Origin: Escherichia phage vB_EcoP_IMEP8
Length of the DNA: 64,000 nt
Reading direction: 5' to 3' (one strand)
Sequence record: NC_070993.1
How positions within the stretch are numbered: position 1 is the first letter of the stretch; every line of letters starts with the position of its first letter. This document shows positions 31,344 through 41,562 of this stretch, one piece after another. Under the pieces are notes generated by a model that saw only the letters and a list, made by a program, of their open reading frames with translations, had not been told where the DNA came from and did not search any database. A program made the position numbers and the translations under genes.

Positions 31344-31571
31344 CTAGATTAAATCGTAATACTGAATAATGTCAGAGAGTTTGAACTCTCGAATCTCATC
31401 TTTCTCTATATCTATCGCTGTCATAATCCAACAAGGTTTGCCACCGTTATGAAAACGGGAGCTAGCAACGGAGGTTCGGAGTGGAATAACGGACCGGTCA
31501 GCAACCTCGCCTCTCCAATTGCGATAGCGAAAGCGAAGCACTTGTTGCGTAGATTTTTGATCATCACTCAT
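31344..31571 (-). CDS. hypothetical protein (about 75 aa from internal Met)
   Basis: Track ORF (31344-31712) overlaps the upstream HNH gene by 149 nt; start at internal ATG 31571 gives a short overlap. Confidence 0.35.
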   Translation of the reverse strand: MSDDQKSTQQVLRFRYRNWRGEVADRSVIPLRTSVASSRFHNGGKPCWIMTAIDIEKDEIREFKLSDIIQYYDLI

Positions 31572-32016
31572 TTCCTTTTTTGAATTGTTTTCTTGCATCA
31601 TTCTCTTCTTTTGTTTTAATCTTATGACAAGGGTCTTTACATAGAACCTGAAAACCCTCTTTCTCACACAGAGCACGAGAGATGATTTCATCCCAAGTTG
31701 CTTCATGGTCAAGAGGAACTATAGGCTCTATGTGGTCAATAGCCATATCCTTTACAGGGTGGTCAGAACCACACATGGCACACTTAAAGTGCATTGCCAG
31801 TCTGCCTGTCTTTGGATTAATCTTCTGCTCTGTCTTGGCGTCTGCTAGTGCATCGAACATGGGCTTCCACTTTCTAGTCAGAGAACGAATCCCTGACTTG
31901 ATGAAAGAATTATAACGAGCTTCAGTCCACATGCCGGAGCATCTAGTTTTCTCAGACTTCGCCATAATCAGCTTCTTCCCATACGCGCTTACCCACTCGA
32001 TGTGATACTTTTTCAC
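31564..32016 (-). CDS. HNH endonuclease (150 aa)
   Basis: AIDHIEPIVP...CKDPCH HNH motif with CxxC pair. Confidence 0.75.
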   Translation of the reverse strand: MKKYHIEWVSAYGKKLIMAKSEKTRCSGMWTEARYNSFIKSGIRSLTRKWKPMFDALADAKTEQKINPKTGRLAMHFKCAMCGSDHPVKDMAIDHIEPIVPLDHEATWDEIISRALCEKEGFQVLCKDPCHKIKTKEENDARKQFKKGNE

Positions 32017-32144
32017 GCTTTTCTTTAATATAGCGACTTCCTAATTCATGGCTATACTTAATGCGCTGCTCCTTACGAGATTCACGATTGGAGGAGTTTT
32101 CATCATATGAACGATAATCAAATTTACCCATTATAATATCCTTA

Positions 32145-32963
32145 TTACCAAGATTTGTCTAACCATGTCCAGTCGAACAGGTCTTCCGGAGTCTGACCAA
32201 CAAAGAGCAGCCGAGCATTCTCAAGCATCTTCTCTTCATCTTCAGTATCGAACTTCTTATAATACTCCATTCGTACTATATGATACATGGTCCATTTGTC
32301 TGTAACACCAGCCAACAACTTAGCTGCTGCTTTCTTCCCTACTCCTTGGCGTCGAAGCTGAAGCTTACCGCCCCACATAACTTCTTTACGTTCTCCACAT
32401 CCGGGGATATTATCTGTTCCATCTCCAATCAACATCTGATAGAAGAAGTTTTGCCATGAAACTAAATCAGATACATAGTGAGGAGGAACTTCTTTCTGCC
32501 TTTCTCCACAAGCCCAACGGTAGTGCCATCCGGGAGTTATCAACAAATCTTTGTCTCTAGTACAGATGATAGTGTTCTTATCTCTACGTTGCCTTTCAGC
32601 TAGTGCATCATCAGCCTCTCTCCCAAATACATCTATGTATTCATATTTACCTTTAATATAATCACCAACATTTTGCCAGTGAAAAGGTCTTTCTCCGGGA
32701 GGTCTATTTGCCTTGTAGTCTTGCTGCTTAGCAACATCGAAACGGAAGTTACCACCTTCGCTAAAGTAGAACACAACCTTACTGCAACCTGAGCGAGCAA
32801 TGATAGTATCTATCTTGTACTGAAGTCGTTCAATCATGAAATTGTAATCAACTGGAACACGTCCTGTGTCAAGGAAGGGATGCTCCTGAGTAAGAGCACC
32901 CACTTCGTATCGAAGAACGTCAGCATCCACTATAGCTACTTCAGGGAGCTTAACGTCTTCCAT
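32145..32963 (-). CDS. 5'-3' exonuclease / flap endonuclease (FEN/RNaseH-like; 272 aa)
   Basis: N-terminal acidic PIN-like segment (IVDADVL) and H3TH-like GDGTDNIPGCGERK...GKKAAAKLL motif. Confidence 0.7.
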   Translation of the reverse strand: MEDVKLPEVAIVDADVLRYEVGALTQEHPFLDTGRVPVDYNFMIERLQYKIDTIIARSGCSKVVFYFSEGGNFRFDVAKQQDYKANRPPGERPFHWQNVGDYIKGKYEYIDVFGREADDALAERQRRDKNTIICTRDKDLLITPGWHYRWACGERQKEVPPHYVSDLVSWQNFFYQMLIGDGTDNIPGCGERKEVMWGGKLQLRRQGVGKKAAAKLLAGVTDKWTMYHIVRMEYYKKFDTEDEEKMLENARLLFVGQTPEDLFDWTWLDKSW

Positions 32964-32964
32964 A

Positions 32965-33491
32965 TTATTCTCCTAACAGCTTACGAATTTCATTGCGGAA
33001 GTTATCATACTCTTCAGGGTATTCAAACCCACATTCGAGAAGAGCGTAGTGAACAACCTTCAATAAATCCTGAGTCTTATTCTTATCTTTGTGTCGATAA
33101 GCATATTTGATCATGTTAGTTTGTTGAAAGTTCAACTGGGGGTTTGCATGGTAGAACTCAATAGGTTGAATGATTTTAGATTCAGGGTTATAGTGTGCAC
33201 CACCAACCATAGTGTCTAAAGCTGGACTTCTTTTGCTGGTTTGTTCAGTTGGAGACTTAAAGCTGACTACAGGGACAGAGGAATAAATTGGATACTCTTC
33301 ACCTACTGGCGGCTTTACCATCAACTTTTTCATTGCATACTGAATTTCTGTATCAGCAGAACACGAAGAGATTTCTTCAATAGATTTACGATAACTGTCA
33401 AGAACTGCACGTAGCATAGAGACTGTCCCGTTCTTCTCTTTTGATTTCTCTGCTAGTACAATAACTTCTGCTTTTTTGGATTCAAACTCTG

Positions 33492-33501
<10 letters not shown>
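32965..33501 (-). CDS. conserved phage protein, DUF3310-like C-terminal motif (178 aa)
   Basis: C-terminal GGAHYN...IQPIEF...NMIKYAYRHKDK...DLLKVVHY resembles a conserved phage family; function unknown. Confidence 0.35.
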
Positions 33502-34785
<1,284 letters not shown>

Positions 34786-35032
34786 AATGCATCTCTTTAT
34801 AAATAGTTTCTGTGTTCTTCTTCCAGTTAGATAGACCGGTAAGAACTCTCTGAGCAACTCCATCAGCTGCTTTACTTCTTTCTATTTCTAACTCTTGTTG
34901 ATGCTTTTCTTTATCTAGATTGTTACTATCTGTCCGATACTCATTAAACTTCATACCACCAAAGAATACAAGAGCTGAGAAGATAACAAATCCTAGATTA
35001 TCACTTAACGTGTTTTGCATGTTGTCTCCAAC

Positions 35033-35056
35033 GAAAAAAGCCACCCGAAGGTGGCT
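35033..35056 (-). terminator. rho-independent terminator after the SSB-like gene
   Basis: AGCCACC-TTCG-GGTGGCT hairpin followed by TTTTTT on the minus strand, 20 nt after the stop at 35078. Confidence 0.6.
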
Positions 35057-35077
35057 AAGCTATAACAAGGAGAGTTA

Positions 35078-35824
35078 TTAGAATGGGCTAGAGTCGTCAT
35101 CTTCATAAGTAGAAGCAGGTTCTTTATCAATCGTAGGGATTGAAGGAGTAGCTTCTTTCTGTTCTGTTTCAGAAGCACGAGTGATTTCACGACCAGCCAG
35201 AGGCATGTTCTTAGCGTCATTAGCTTGAGTAAGCAGGTTGCGCTGGAACGGGAACATCAGTTGATAGGATGCTACGTTCTCATCGGTTTCTGCATACGGT
35301 TCGAAGAATACCAGAGGACTGCGAGCTTCACCAACTGCTGCACGATATTTGGTTGGGATTGGAGAAATGGTTTTGATGGAGTTTTTAACTTCACCAGCTT
35401 TGTTAGTGTAAGAGTTAACCAGAATGTTAACAGGCTGACCTAACAGCACATCCTTAAACCAAGACAGATCACCTTTCAGTGCTTGAATGCTTGGGTCAAT
35501 CATCTTGCAGAGATCAAGGATACCAGAGTTCTTAGCTCGTGGGTTTACATCATAACTCTTGAACTGGCAAGCCGGACGTGGTTCTAATGCCTTACCATCG
35601 GAATCTTTACCAGTAGCATCAACACCAATCAGCTCGAAAGCCAAATCCATACGGAAAGCTGGATTCTTAGGAGTTACTGCTTTGGTCTTCGGGTCAACCC
35701 AAGGGTCACGATTGTGAACACCCAAACCTACTACACGAACGATACGTGCTTCATATTCACCATCAGGGATAATGTCGTAGTTGGATTTACGGGAAGAAGT
35801 TGCGATAGTTGGAATCATAGACAT
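35078..35824 (-). CDS. putative single-stranded DNA-binding protein (248 aa)
   Basis: Acidic C-terminal tail ending ...YEDDDSSPF as in SSB/T7 gp2.5-type proteins; position beside replication genes. Confidence 0.5.
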   Translation of the reverse strand: MSMIPTIATSSRKSNYDIIPDGEYEARIVRVVGLGVHNRDPWVDPKTKAVTPKNPAFRMDLAFELIGVDATGKDSDGKALEPRPACQFKSYDVNPRAKNSGILDLCKMIDPSIQALKGDLSWFKDVLLGQPVNILVNSYTNKAGEVKNSIKTISPIPTKYRAAVGEARSPLVFFEPYAETDENVASYQLMFPFQRNLLTQANDAKNMPLAGREITRASETEQKEATPSIPTIDKEPASTYEDDDSSPF

Positions 35825-35883
35825 ATTTTAATTTCCTTATTTAATTTGAAAGATTGTTGCTCTCTTTGAGCGGTTATGTATAG

Positions 35884-35892
35884 TATACATTA
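35884..35892 (-). promoter_or_regulatory. TAATGTATA promoter-like motif (minus strand)
   Basis: Plus strand reads TATACATTA; on the minus strand this is TAATGTATA, 60 nt upstream of the SSB-like start. Confidence 0.4.
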
Positions 35893-35955
35893 CGCTTATA
35901 CCGATAAGAGTACTATATAATATAAGTATCTTTGGTAGTAGATATAACACACTAG

Positions 35956-35964
35956 TAATGTATA
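35956..35964 (+). promoter_or_regulatory. orphan TAATGTATA promoter-like motif (plus strand) in a non-coding region
   Basis: Exact motif on the plus strand pointing into 270 bp with no ATG on the plus strand and antisense to downstream minus-strand genes. Confidence 0.3.
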
Positions 35965-36240
35965 TATTGTATAGCTGATAAAGTTATTGCAGGCTTGTAC
36001 ATTGGGCAATTCACAGAATCCCTTGCAAGTACCGAAGGGCAGGAGCCACCTGCGAGATAAAAATAGAGAATTAAGGAATCCTTGATTTAGGTTGTAGGGA
36101 CTCCTAGGGACTTTGATTCTCTATTTAAAAGAATATTAATTACTTACTACCTAAATAATTAACTAACTTACTTAAACCAAATTCAAGAATAATAGATAAA
36201 AAGATTATTCCTAAGAAAGCTAAAAAGTAAAGTATATAAG

Positions 36241-36438
36241 TTACCATTCAAGTAAACCTTTAAAGTTAGACTGTTCTACTACCCTCTGATAACGAAGATT
36301 AGAATCAGCTTGTTTCTTTAACATCTCATTATATTGATCTCTGATAGAGTCTTTATAGACTACAGGTTCTTTAAATAATGAGATATTGTTCTTTTCTTCA
36401 GAGTTAGATAGTACATCCATCACAAATGAAATCCCCAC
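36241..36438 (-). CDS. hypothetical small protein (65 aa)
   Basis: ORF from track; may start at internal ATG 36420 to limit overlap with upstream ORF. Confidence 0.35.
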   Translation of the reverse strand: MGISFVMDVLSNSEEKNNISLFKEPVVYKDSIRDQYNEMLKKQADSNLRYQRVVEQSNFKGLLEW

Positions 36439-36598
36439 TAAGTGATTCTTGTAACAAGCGACTCTGTTCGTCAGAGACTAATTGATTCACCACTTTCTGT
36501 AGTTCTAATAAATCATCAAAATCGATCATCATGCCTTCATCAAGTTTATCTGTATCAACCGACCAGAAGGGGTTATCTCCTAGTATTTTACTAATCAT
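36404..36598 (-). CDS. hypothetical small acidic protein (64 aa)
   Basis: ORF from track; ATG overlaps stop of an upstream 46-aa ORF (ATGA). Confidence 0.4.
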   Translation of the reverse strand: MISKILGDNPFWSVDTDKLDEGMMIDFDDLLELQKVVNQLVSDEQSRLLQESLSGDFICDGCTI

Positions 36599-36735
36599 TC
36601 TACATCTCCTTCTACTTCAGCGTACACCTTAACCTCACCTTTCAATACTTCCTGAGAAGCATTTGCACTTTCTTCAGAGTGATGTACAGCGGTGATCTCT
36701 TTCTTTCCAATCTTATAGGTGTGAATCCAAATCAT
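36595..36735 (-). CDS. hypothetical small protein (46 aa), not in ORF track
   Basis: Hand translation gives MIWIHTYKIGKKEITAVHHSEESANASQEVLKGEVKVYAEVEGDVE; RBS AAGGAA before the ATG at 36735. Confidence 0.35.
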   Translation of the reverse strand: MIWIHTYKIGKKEITAVHHSEESANASQEVLKGEVKVYAEVEGDVE

Positions 36736-36747
36736 TTAATTTCCTTA

Positions 36748-37146
36748 TTAACGTATAACCAGAGGCTCTTCAGAGTACACAGGAGCGGCTATTTCTACGG
36801 GAGGTGCTGCCCTAAGGTCATTAAGTCTTACACCCTTCAGCATCCCATCTAGGTGGTCTTTCTTAGGGATTCCAACAGGGAAGTCGTCAATCCAGACATC
36901 TACAAAGAAACCTAGCTGACGACATACATCATCCTTCTGAACACCATTACAAAAGATGATAGGAATCTGCAAACACTCTGCATCAATCTTAATGTCGTGA
37001 TTATCGTACCCATTAGGCTCTGCAAAGCGATAAGTTACAAAACGTACATCATAACCTTTGGCTTGCATTAATGCCACCACAGAGCGCCACAGCTTCTTAT
37101 CTGAGGTGTAAGTATCATCGTAATCTAAACCAATATTCATATCCAA
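36748..37146 (-). CDS. HAD-superfamily phosphatase-like protein, putative nucleotidase (132 aa)
   Basis: N-terminal DYDDT (DxDxT motif I) and C-terminal WIDD (motif IV-like). Confidence 0.45.
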   Translation of the reverse strand: MDMNIGLDYDDTYTSDKKLWRSVVALMQAKGYDVRFVTYRFAEPNGYDNHDIKIDAECLQIPIIFCNGVQKDDVCRQLGFFVDVWIDDFPVGIPKKDHLDGMLKGVRLNDLRAAPPVEIAAPVYSEEPLVIR

Positions 37147-37187
37147 ATCCTTTAGACAAGAAAAGCCGCCCTAAGGCAGCTTCTTAT

Positions 37188-37364
37188 TTAACTATTCACT
37201 TTAGCTTCAAGTGTTTCATTTTCAATACTCAAGTCAATCACTACGCCAGTAAGCTCAACGACTGCTTGGCGAAGGGCATCTTTACCCATAGAATGTACTT
37301 GAGATAAGAAGAAAGCTTTACCTTCTTCAGTGGATAGGGTTTCTTTTAATTCAGAAGCAGTCAT
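37188..37364 (-). CDS. hypothetical small protein (58 aa), not in ORF track
   Basis: Hand translation gives MTASELKETLSTEEGKAFFLSQVHSMGKDALRQAVVELTGVVIDLSIENETLEAKVNS; RBS AAGGAA; hairpin terminator-like element downstream. Confidence 0.4.
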   Translation of the reverse strand: MTASELKETLSTEEGKAFFLSQVHSMGKDALRQAVVELTGVVIDLSIENETLEAKVNS

Positions 37365-37378
37365 TGATATTCCTTATT

Positions 37379-37570
37379 TTACATTGTATAAATTCGCATG
37401 ATTGTACCACCATCAGCCTCGATAGCAGAAACAACTTCATCTCGTTCTTCATCCGTGTACACTAATACGCTTTTAAACGAACCAGTCACATCTGTGTACA
37501 AAATATTGTACTTGGGAGGTGGCTTACGGTAAATACCTTCCATCACTCTTTCTCCTCTCGTTCTTTCCAC
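37379..37570 (-). CDS. hypothetical small protein (63 aa)
   Basis: ORF from track, co-directional and tightly packed. Confidence 0.4.
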   Translation of the reverse strand: MERTRGERVMEGIYRKPPPKYNILYTDVTGSFKSVLVYTDEERDEVVSAIEADGGTIMRIYTM

Positions 37571-37726
37571 AGTTCAGCAAGTTCTAAATAAAACTCAGCT
37601 TCATCAGGACGTCCTTGTTCATTACAGATGGCGCTTTGACGATAACACCAATCCGATGGCATCTCTTCCACTTCAATCTCCTTGTTACGAACTAATCAAT
37701 AAGAGTAGTTCATTCGTCTTATTTAT

Positions 37727-37921
37727 TCACTCTACCAATGCAGGTAATTCTATCCTTTTAACTGTGAATGTTTTGTTTGGAAACTTTCGAACTAACTCTG
37801 CTGCTTTGGTTATTGCTAAGTTCTCTGTCTCAAAGATACACAGTTGACCATTTAATGCTACGAGAGTGGAGCCACCGCTGAAGACGGCCCAAGATTCATA
37901 ATAGCCTTTAATACTCATCAC
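37727..37921 (-). CDS. hypothetical small protein (64 aa)
   Basis: ORF from track; stop overlaps upstream gene. Confidence 0.4.
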   Translation of the reverse strand: MMSIKGYYESWAVFSGGSTLVALNGQLCIFETENLAITKAAELVRKFPNKTFTVKRIELPALVE

Positions 37922-38286
37922 TCAACCTCAATACTATATAGAGTTTTCAGTGTATTTTTAATCCAAGCCCGTCGTTTTGGATTCTTATGATGTACCCCAT
38001 TGTCTCTATCTCTAAAATATTGATCACATCCAAAGGGATATGTTGGGTCCAAGAATCCTTCTCGATTAAACATATTCTTCATGTCGTCAATATCTAAATG
38101 CTTTGTGAAATAGTAATATCTCTTATAACAGAGGAAGTTGAAGCATAATCCGTGATCTTCACTAAACCATTTTGGATAAATTCCAGTCTTAGCTATTTCA
38201 TAATATTGGAGGAGGAAATCCTCCATCCCCCTCTCTTTAGCTAAACATCTCAATGTTCTGTAGATGATATTGGTTTCTTTCATCAC
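37918..38286 (-). CDS. hypothetical protein (122 aa)
   Basis: ORF from track immediately downstream of the DNA polymerase gene. Confidence 0.45.
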   Translation of the reverse strand: MMKETNIIYRTLRCLAKERGMEDFLLQYYEIAKTGIYPKWFSEDHGLCFNFLCYKRYYYFTKHLDIDDMKNMFNREGFLDPTYPFGCDQYFRDRDNGVHHKNPKRRAWIKNTLKTLYSIEVE

Positions 38287-38291
38287 TCACC

Positions 38292-40136
38292 TTAGTGTGT
38301 ATGCATCCAGTTAAGTCCAATCTGACAATCAGATGCCAGAGGACATTCCATGTTCAAATACTCACCAGCTTTCTTAACACAAAGCTCAGTGTGTTCTTTG
38401 AGTTTCTGTACATCATTACGGTTCACTGAGAACTGACCCTCGTCGTGCATGTCAATTACTTTAGCACAACGAACCCCATCTTTCTCAATCCACTTGTTAA
38501 GGAACATCATAGCATATTTCATAACAACAGCACCAGCACATTGCAGGAGTGTGTTAAGTGCTTTATGAACCATAACTTTGCCAGTGGCATCTCGTCTCAT
38601 TGTAATCTTACGGCCATCAACGCCAATCAAGTATCCTTGAGCAGCTTTCTCTGTCATACGATCAATGAGGATTGCAATACATGGGTTCTCTGCTAAGAAA
38701 CGTGCTCGCATCACTGAACCTTCGTCAGCCCCACCACCTACAATTGAACCGAGCTTAGCATCACCAGCACCATAGTTGAATGCGTAGATAAACGTCTTAG
38801 CGTTGTCACGAGTAGGAAGACCAGCAAGTTTCTGGTTGTGGGAGTGGATATCACCTTCAAGGAGAATATCACGATACATAATAGCAGAAGCTAAACCACG
38901 CTCTGCCAGAGCTTTCTTAGCTGGATTATTCTCTTCGATTGCTTCAGCAAGCATATCCCTACACTCTTTAATGAGGTAGTGTGCAAGCATACGCAACTCT
39001 AATCCAGAACCATCATACCCTAAGAATACTTCTTTACCAGCGGGTATGTAATATTTGTAAGCACCTACAGGTTTATCTTTCTTCCCCGGCTTACCTTTCT
39101 CATAAATTACGTTAGTACCTTTTCGTATATAACAACCATCAGGAACAACGTTAGTAATAATGAAAGGACGAGAGTGATCATCATCTGAGTTATAGTCAGA
39201 CTCAAACAAACCGCGACACTCATGACCAAACAAACCACGGGAGGGAATATTAACCACGATACGATGTTTGAATCGAAAAGTCGGCGTAGCGCAGCTGTTA
39301 GCTTCTGCCGAAAGTTTACCATCTTCGCGTTCCTTTGCTATGAGTCCACTGATAAGACCTAGCCTGTGAGCCGCTACAACGCGTCTCTTAAGCAAACTCC
39401 CGACACTCCCTAGCTCACCCCCTAACCCTTCTTCAAGAGTCTCCTCGAGGTTTGTAGGAGCTGTAGGCCACTTGTTTGAAGTAGCTAGTGCTATCTTAAT
39501 CTCATCAAAAGTGATAGGCCTGCGTCGGTTAGGATTTAAACCTAAACCAAATACATAAGCCTTCATGTAGTTCTTAGTTTTAAACCTAAAATGCTTCTCT
39601 AAGAACTTCCTAATGTCAGCGTCAACCATCTCGGCTGTCTGTTTCTGTTTAGCATTACCTCGCATCCAAGCTGAATACCATGCTTGGTATGTTCCATACT
39701 TTCGCATATCTTTCTTGATTTCAAAAGTATTCCAAGGTTTCTTTGATACGTTAAACTCTGGAGGAAGAAAACCCTCATCCATAAGGGCTTCTTTAACTCG
39801 TGCATCTTTCGATGGGTCAAAGTCTACGTATTCAACACAGGTGAATGCTCCACCAATGTCTTCTCTCTTAAGACCAACTCTATCGCAATAGACTTGAGGC
39901 CACTTCTGTAAAGCTCCAGACTTCTTAAATGGCTTCATATAAGTAGAGCCATCTAATCTCATCTTAGGTAAGAGAGGAATCAGTTCTTTGTCAATATTAA
40001 CAATAATCTCTTTAAGGAGGTGAACATACCACCGAGCATTTCTTCGGTTGAAACTCACTCCGTGCTTCGCTTGCTTAGAGATTATATCAGCGACAGTCAT
40101 CTCTGTCAAAAATGGGAGAGCGTCCGGGTTGCTCAC
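38292..40136 (-). CDS. DNA polymerase, family A, polymerase domain only (614 aa)
   Basis: Motif A LGYDGSGLELRMLAHY, motif B RDNAKTFIYAFNYGAG, motif C VIDMHDEG; no 3'-5' exonuclease motifs in this polypeptide. Confidence 0.9.
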   Translation of the reverse strand: MSNPDALPFLTEMTVADIISKQAKHGVSFNRRNARWYVHLLKEIIVNIDKELIPLLPKMRLDGSTYMKPFKKSGALQKWPQVYCDRVGLKREDIGGAFTCVEYVDFDPSKDARVKEALMDEGFLPPEFNVSKKPWNTFEIKKDMRKYGTYQAWYSAWMRGNAKQKQTAEMVDADIRKFLEKHFRFKTKNYMKAYVFGLGLNPNRRRPITFDEIKIALATSNKWPTAPTNLEETLEEGLGGELGSVGSLLKRRVVAAHRLGLISGLIAKEREDGKLSAEANSCATPTFRFKHRIVVNIPSRGLFGHECRGLFESDYNSDDDHSRPFIITNVVPDGCYIRKGTNVIYEKGKPGKKDKPVGAYKYYIPAGKEVFLGYDGSGLELRMLAHYLIKECRDMLAEAIEENNPAKKALAERGLASAIMYRDILLEGDIHSHNQKLAGLPTRDNAKTFIYAFNYGAGDAKLGSIVGGGADEGSVMRARFLAENPCIAILIDRMTEKAAQGYLIGVDGRKITMRRDATGKVMVHKALNTLLQCAGAVVMKYAMMFLNKWIEKDGVRCAKVIDMHDEGQFSVNRNDVQKLKEHTELCVKKAGEYLNMECPLASDCQIGLNWMHTH

Positions 40137-40152
40137 TTTATACTCCTTTAAA

Positions 40153-40575
40153 TTATTGGTAAATCAAATCCGTAAATGCTTGATTATCTTCTACTACATT
40201 CAACATGGTAGCTTCATCGCTGTAAGCCCTAACCGTCCCGTTAACAACTGTCCAAGGAGGAGGTGGAGGTGGTGCATGGTTAGCCCTAGCTTCACGAGGT
40301 TGATCTCGTACTAGATGAGCCACAACCCTTTGGTTGGCGACCTCTTCTCTTTCTCGGATAGCTCTCTGGATGTAAGCCAACTTCATACCCCAAGCTTCTT
40401 CAAACTCTTGAGGATGTTTGTCACTGATAACCACATACTGACGATCAGGGATACCAGATCGAATCTCTGACAATAGTTCATGGAACAAATCCAGCTCATG
40501 TTCAGTGAGATTCATTTCGATATCATCCCACTTGAGAACTAGGAAACGGTTTTGATGTCTAGTCGGTAATGGCAT
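40153..40575 (-). CDS. hypothetical protein with poly-Pro segment (140 aa)
   Basis: ORF from track directly upstream of the polymerase gene; PPPPPP run. Confidence 0.45.
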   Translation of the reverse strand: MPLPTRHQNRFLVLKWDDIEMNLTEHELDLFHELLSEIRSGIPDRQYVVISDKHPQEFEEAWGMKLAYIQRAIREREEVANQRVVAHLVRDQPREARANHAPPPPPPWTVVNGTVRAYSDEATMLNVVEDNQAFTDLIYQ

Positions 40576-40578
40576 AGC

Positions 40579-40863
40579 TTAACCTTTTGGGAATGGCATT
40601 AAAGATTCCATAGCAGTCTTAGTTTCACTATTGATTCGTAGGTCTCGATAAGAGATAAACTTACCTTTGCTATCTCGTAACATTACATGAGTTCTAGCTG
40701 TTTTATGAGGAAGTAAAGTAATACTGGTTGGGATAGTATCAATCTCTACAGAGAAGTCATCAATAGTCTTACTATCCGCTAATAAGTAGGACCAAGTACG
40801 TGGTTTCTGCTCTGGGCGATTGGGGTATGTGTCTCGAATCTGAACCATAGCTAACTTATTCAT
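40579..40863 (-). CDS. small protein, paralog pair member A (94 aa)
   Basis: C-terminal ...TARTHVMLRDSKGKFISYRDL...AMESLMPFPKG similar to the adjacent ORF. Confidence 0.45.
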   Translation of the reverse strand: MNKLAMVQIRDTYPNRPEQKPRTWSYLLADSKTIDDFSVEIDTIPTSITLLPHKTARTHVMLRDSKGKFISYRDLRINSETKTAMESLMPFPKG

Positions 40864-40864
40864 A

Positions 40865-41116
40865 TTAAACTCCTTTAGGGAATGGGATGAGGTTTTCTAC
40901 TGCAACACGGAATTCTTTCTCTACATCTTTATTCTTATAAGAAATGAACTTCCCGTCAGCTCCACGTAGGATTACGTTAGTACGAGCTGTTTTTGGGTTA
41001 TGACTAATCTGGTTTGCAATAATATTAGCAATGCCGTGGTTATTGGTAAATTTCCATTTAACCATACGATTGTTAGACATTACATCAATGATATTTACAG
41101 ATTTTACAATAGACAT
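40865..41116 (-). CDS. small protein, paralog pair member B (83 aa)
   Basis: C-terminal ...TARTNVILRGADGKFISYKNK...AVENLIPFPKG similar to the adjacent ORF. Confidence 0.45.
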   Translation of the reverse strand: MSIVKSVNIIDVMSNNRMVKWKFTNNHGIANIIANQISHNPKTARTNVILRGADGKFISYKNKDVEKEFRVAVENLIPFPKGV

Positions 41117-41184
41117 ATTTATTACCTAAGAAGTTTAATTTGGTTTATATAAAAGAAAAGGCCACCCATTTGGGTAGCCTCATA

Positions 41185-41508
41185 TTACGATGAGCTTAAA
41201 GCTCCTTTTCGCTTAGCAGCACCAGCTGCTTTTCCAGCTCGATCACCACTTTTGCCGCCGTTTGAACGGTTTGAGCTGACTGATTCAACACGTAAGTTGC
41301 TTGACGCATTAGAGCCTCCAGACTTGACAGCTCGTTTGTGTCCAACATCTTTACCTCTGACAGCAGCTTTTCCATCGCGCTTTTCAACGATGCGACGTGC
41401 ACGGTGGCGCTGAGCATCTCCGCTCTTGCTCCCAACGCCTGTCTCACCACGGGCAATTGCGGTACGTCTTTCTTGTGCATAATCTCTCTTTCCTACATGA
41501 TCTGCCAT
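41185..41508 (-). CDS. basic Gly/Lys/Arg/Ser-rich protein (107 aa)
   Basis: Strong RBS AAGGAG 6 nt before the ATG; promoter-like motif upstream; highly basic low-complexity sequence. A nucleic-acid-binding role is a guess from composition. Confidence 0.5.
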   Translation of the reverse strand: MADHVGKRDYAQERRTAIARGETGVGSKSGDAQRHRARRIVEKRDGKAAVRGKDVGHKRAVKSGGSNASSNLRVESVSSNRSNGGKSGDRAGKAAGAAKRKGALSSS

Positions 41509-41544
41509 TTAGAACTCCTTAATATATCAGTGTACACTAAGGAG

Positions 41545-41553
41545 TATACATTA
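41545..41553 (-). promoter_or_regulatory. TAATGTATA promoter-like motif (minus strand)
   Basis: Plus strand TATACATTA; 37 nt upstream of the ATG at 41508. Confidence 0.4.
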
Positions 41554-41562
41554 TGGATGCTA

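Noticed and set aside
35965-36240. Possible tRNA gene in the non-coding region beside the SSB-like gene
   Set aside because: No GTTCRANYC T-loop-like box or cloverleaf-compatible pairing seen by eye; structure here is better explained by hairpins and repeats. A covariance-model scan would settle it.
37071-39891. Several plus-strand ORFs (for example 37071-37307, 38445-38696, 39613-39891) inside minus-strand genes
   Set aside because: Embedded antisense to strongly supported genes (HAD-like protein, DNA polymerase); no RBS and no recognisable motifs.
41196-41480. Alternative-frame 94-aa ORF overlapping the basic protein gene
   Set aside because: The 107-aa frame has a strong AAGGAG RBS at correct spacing and an upstream promoter-like motif; the alternative frame has neither.
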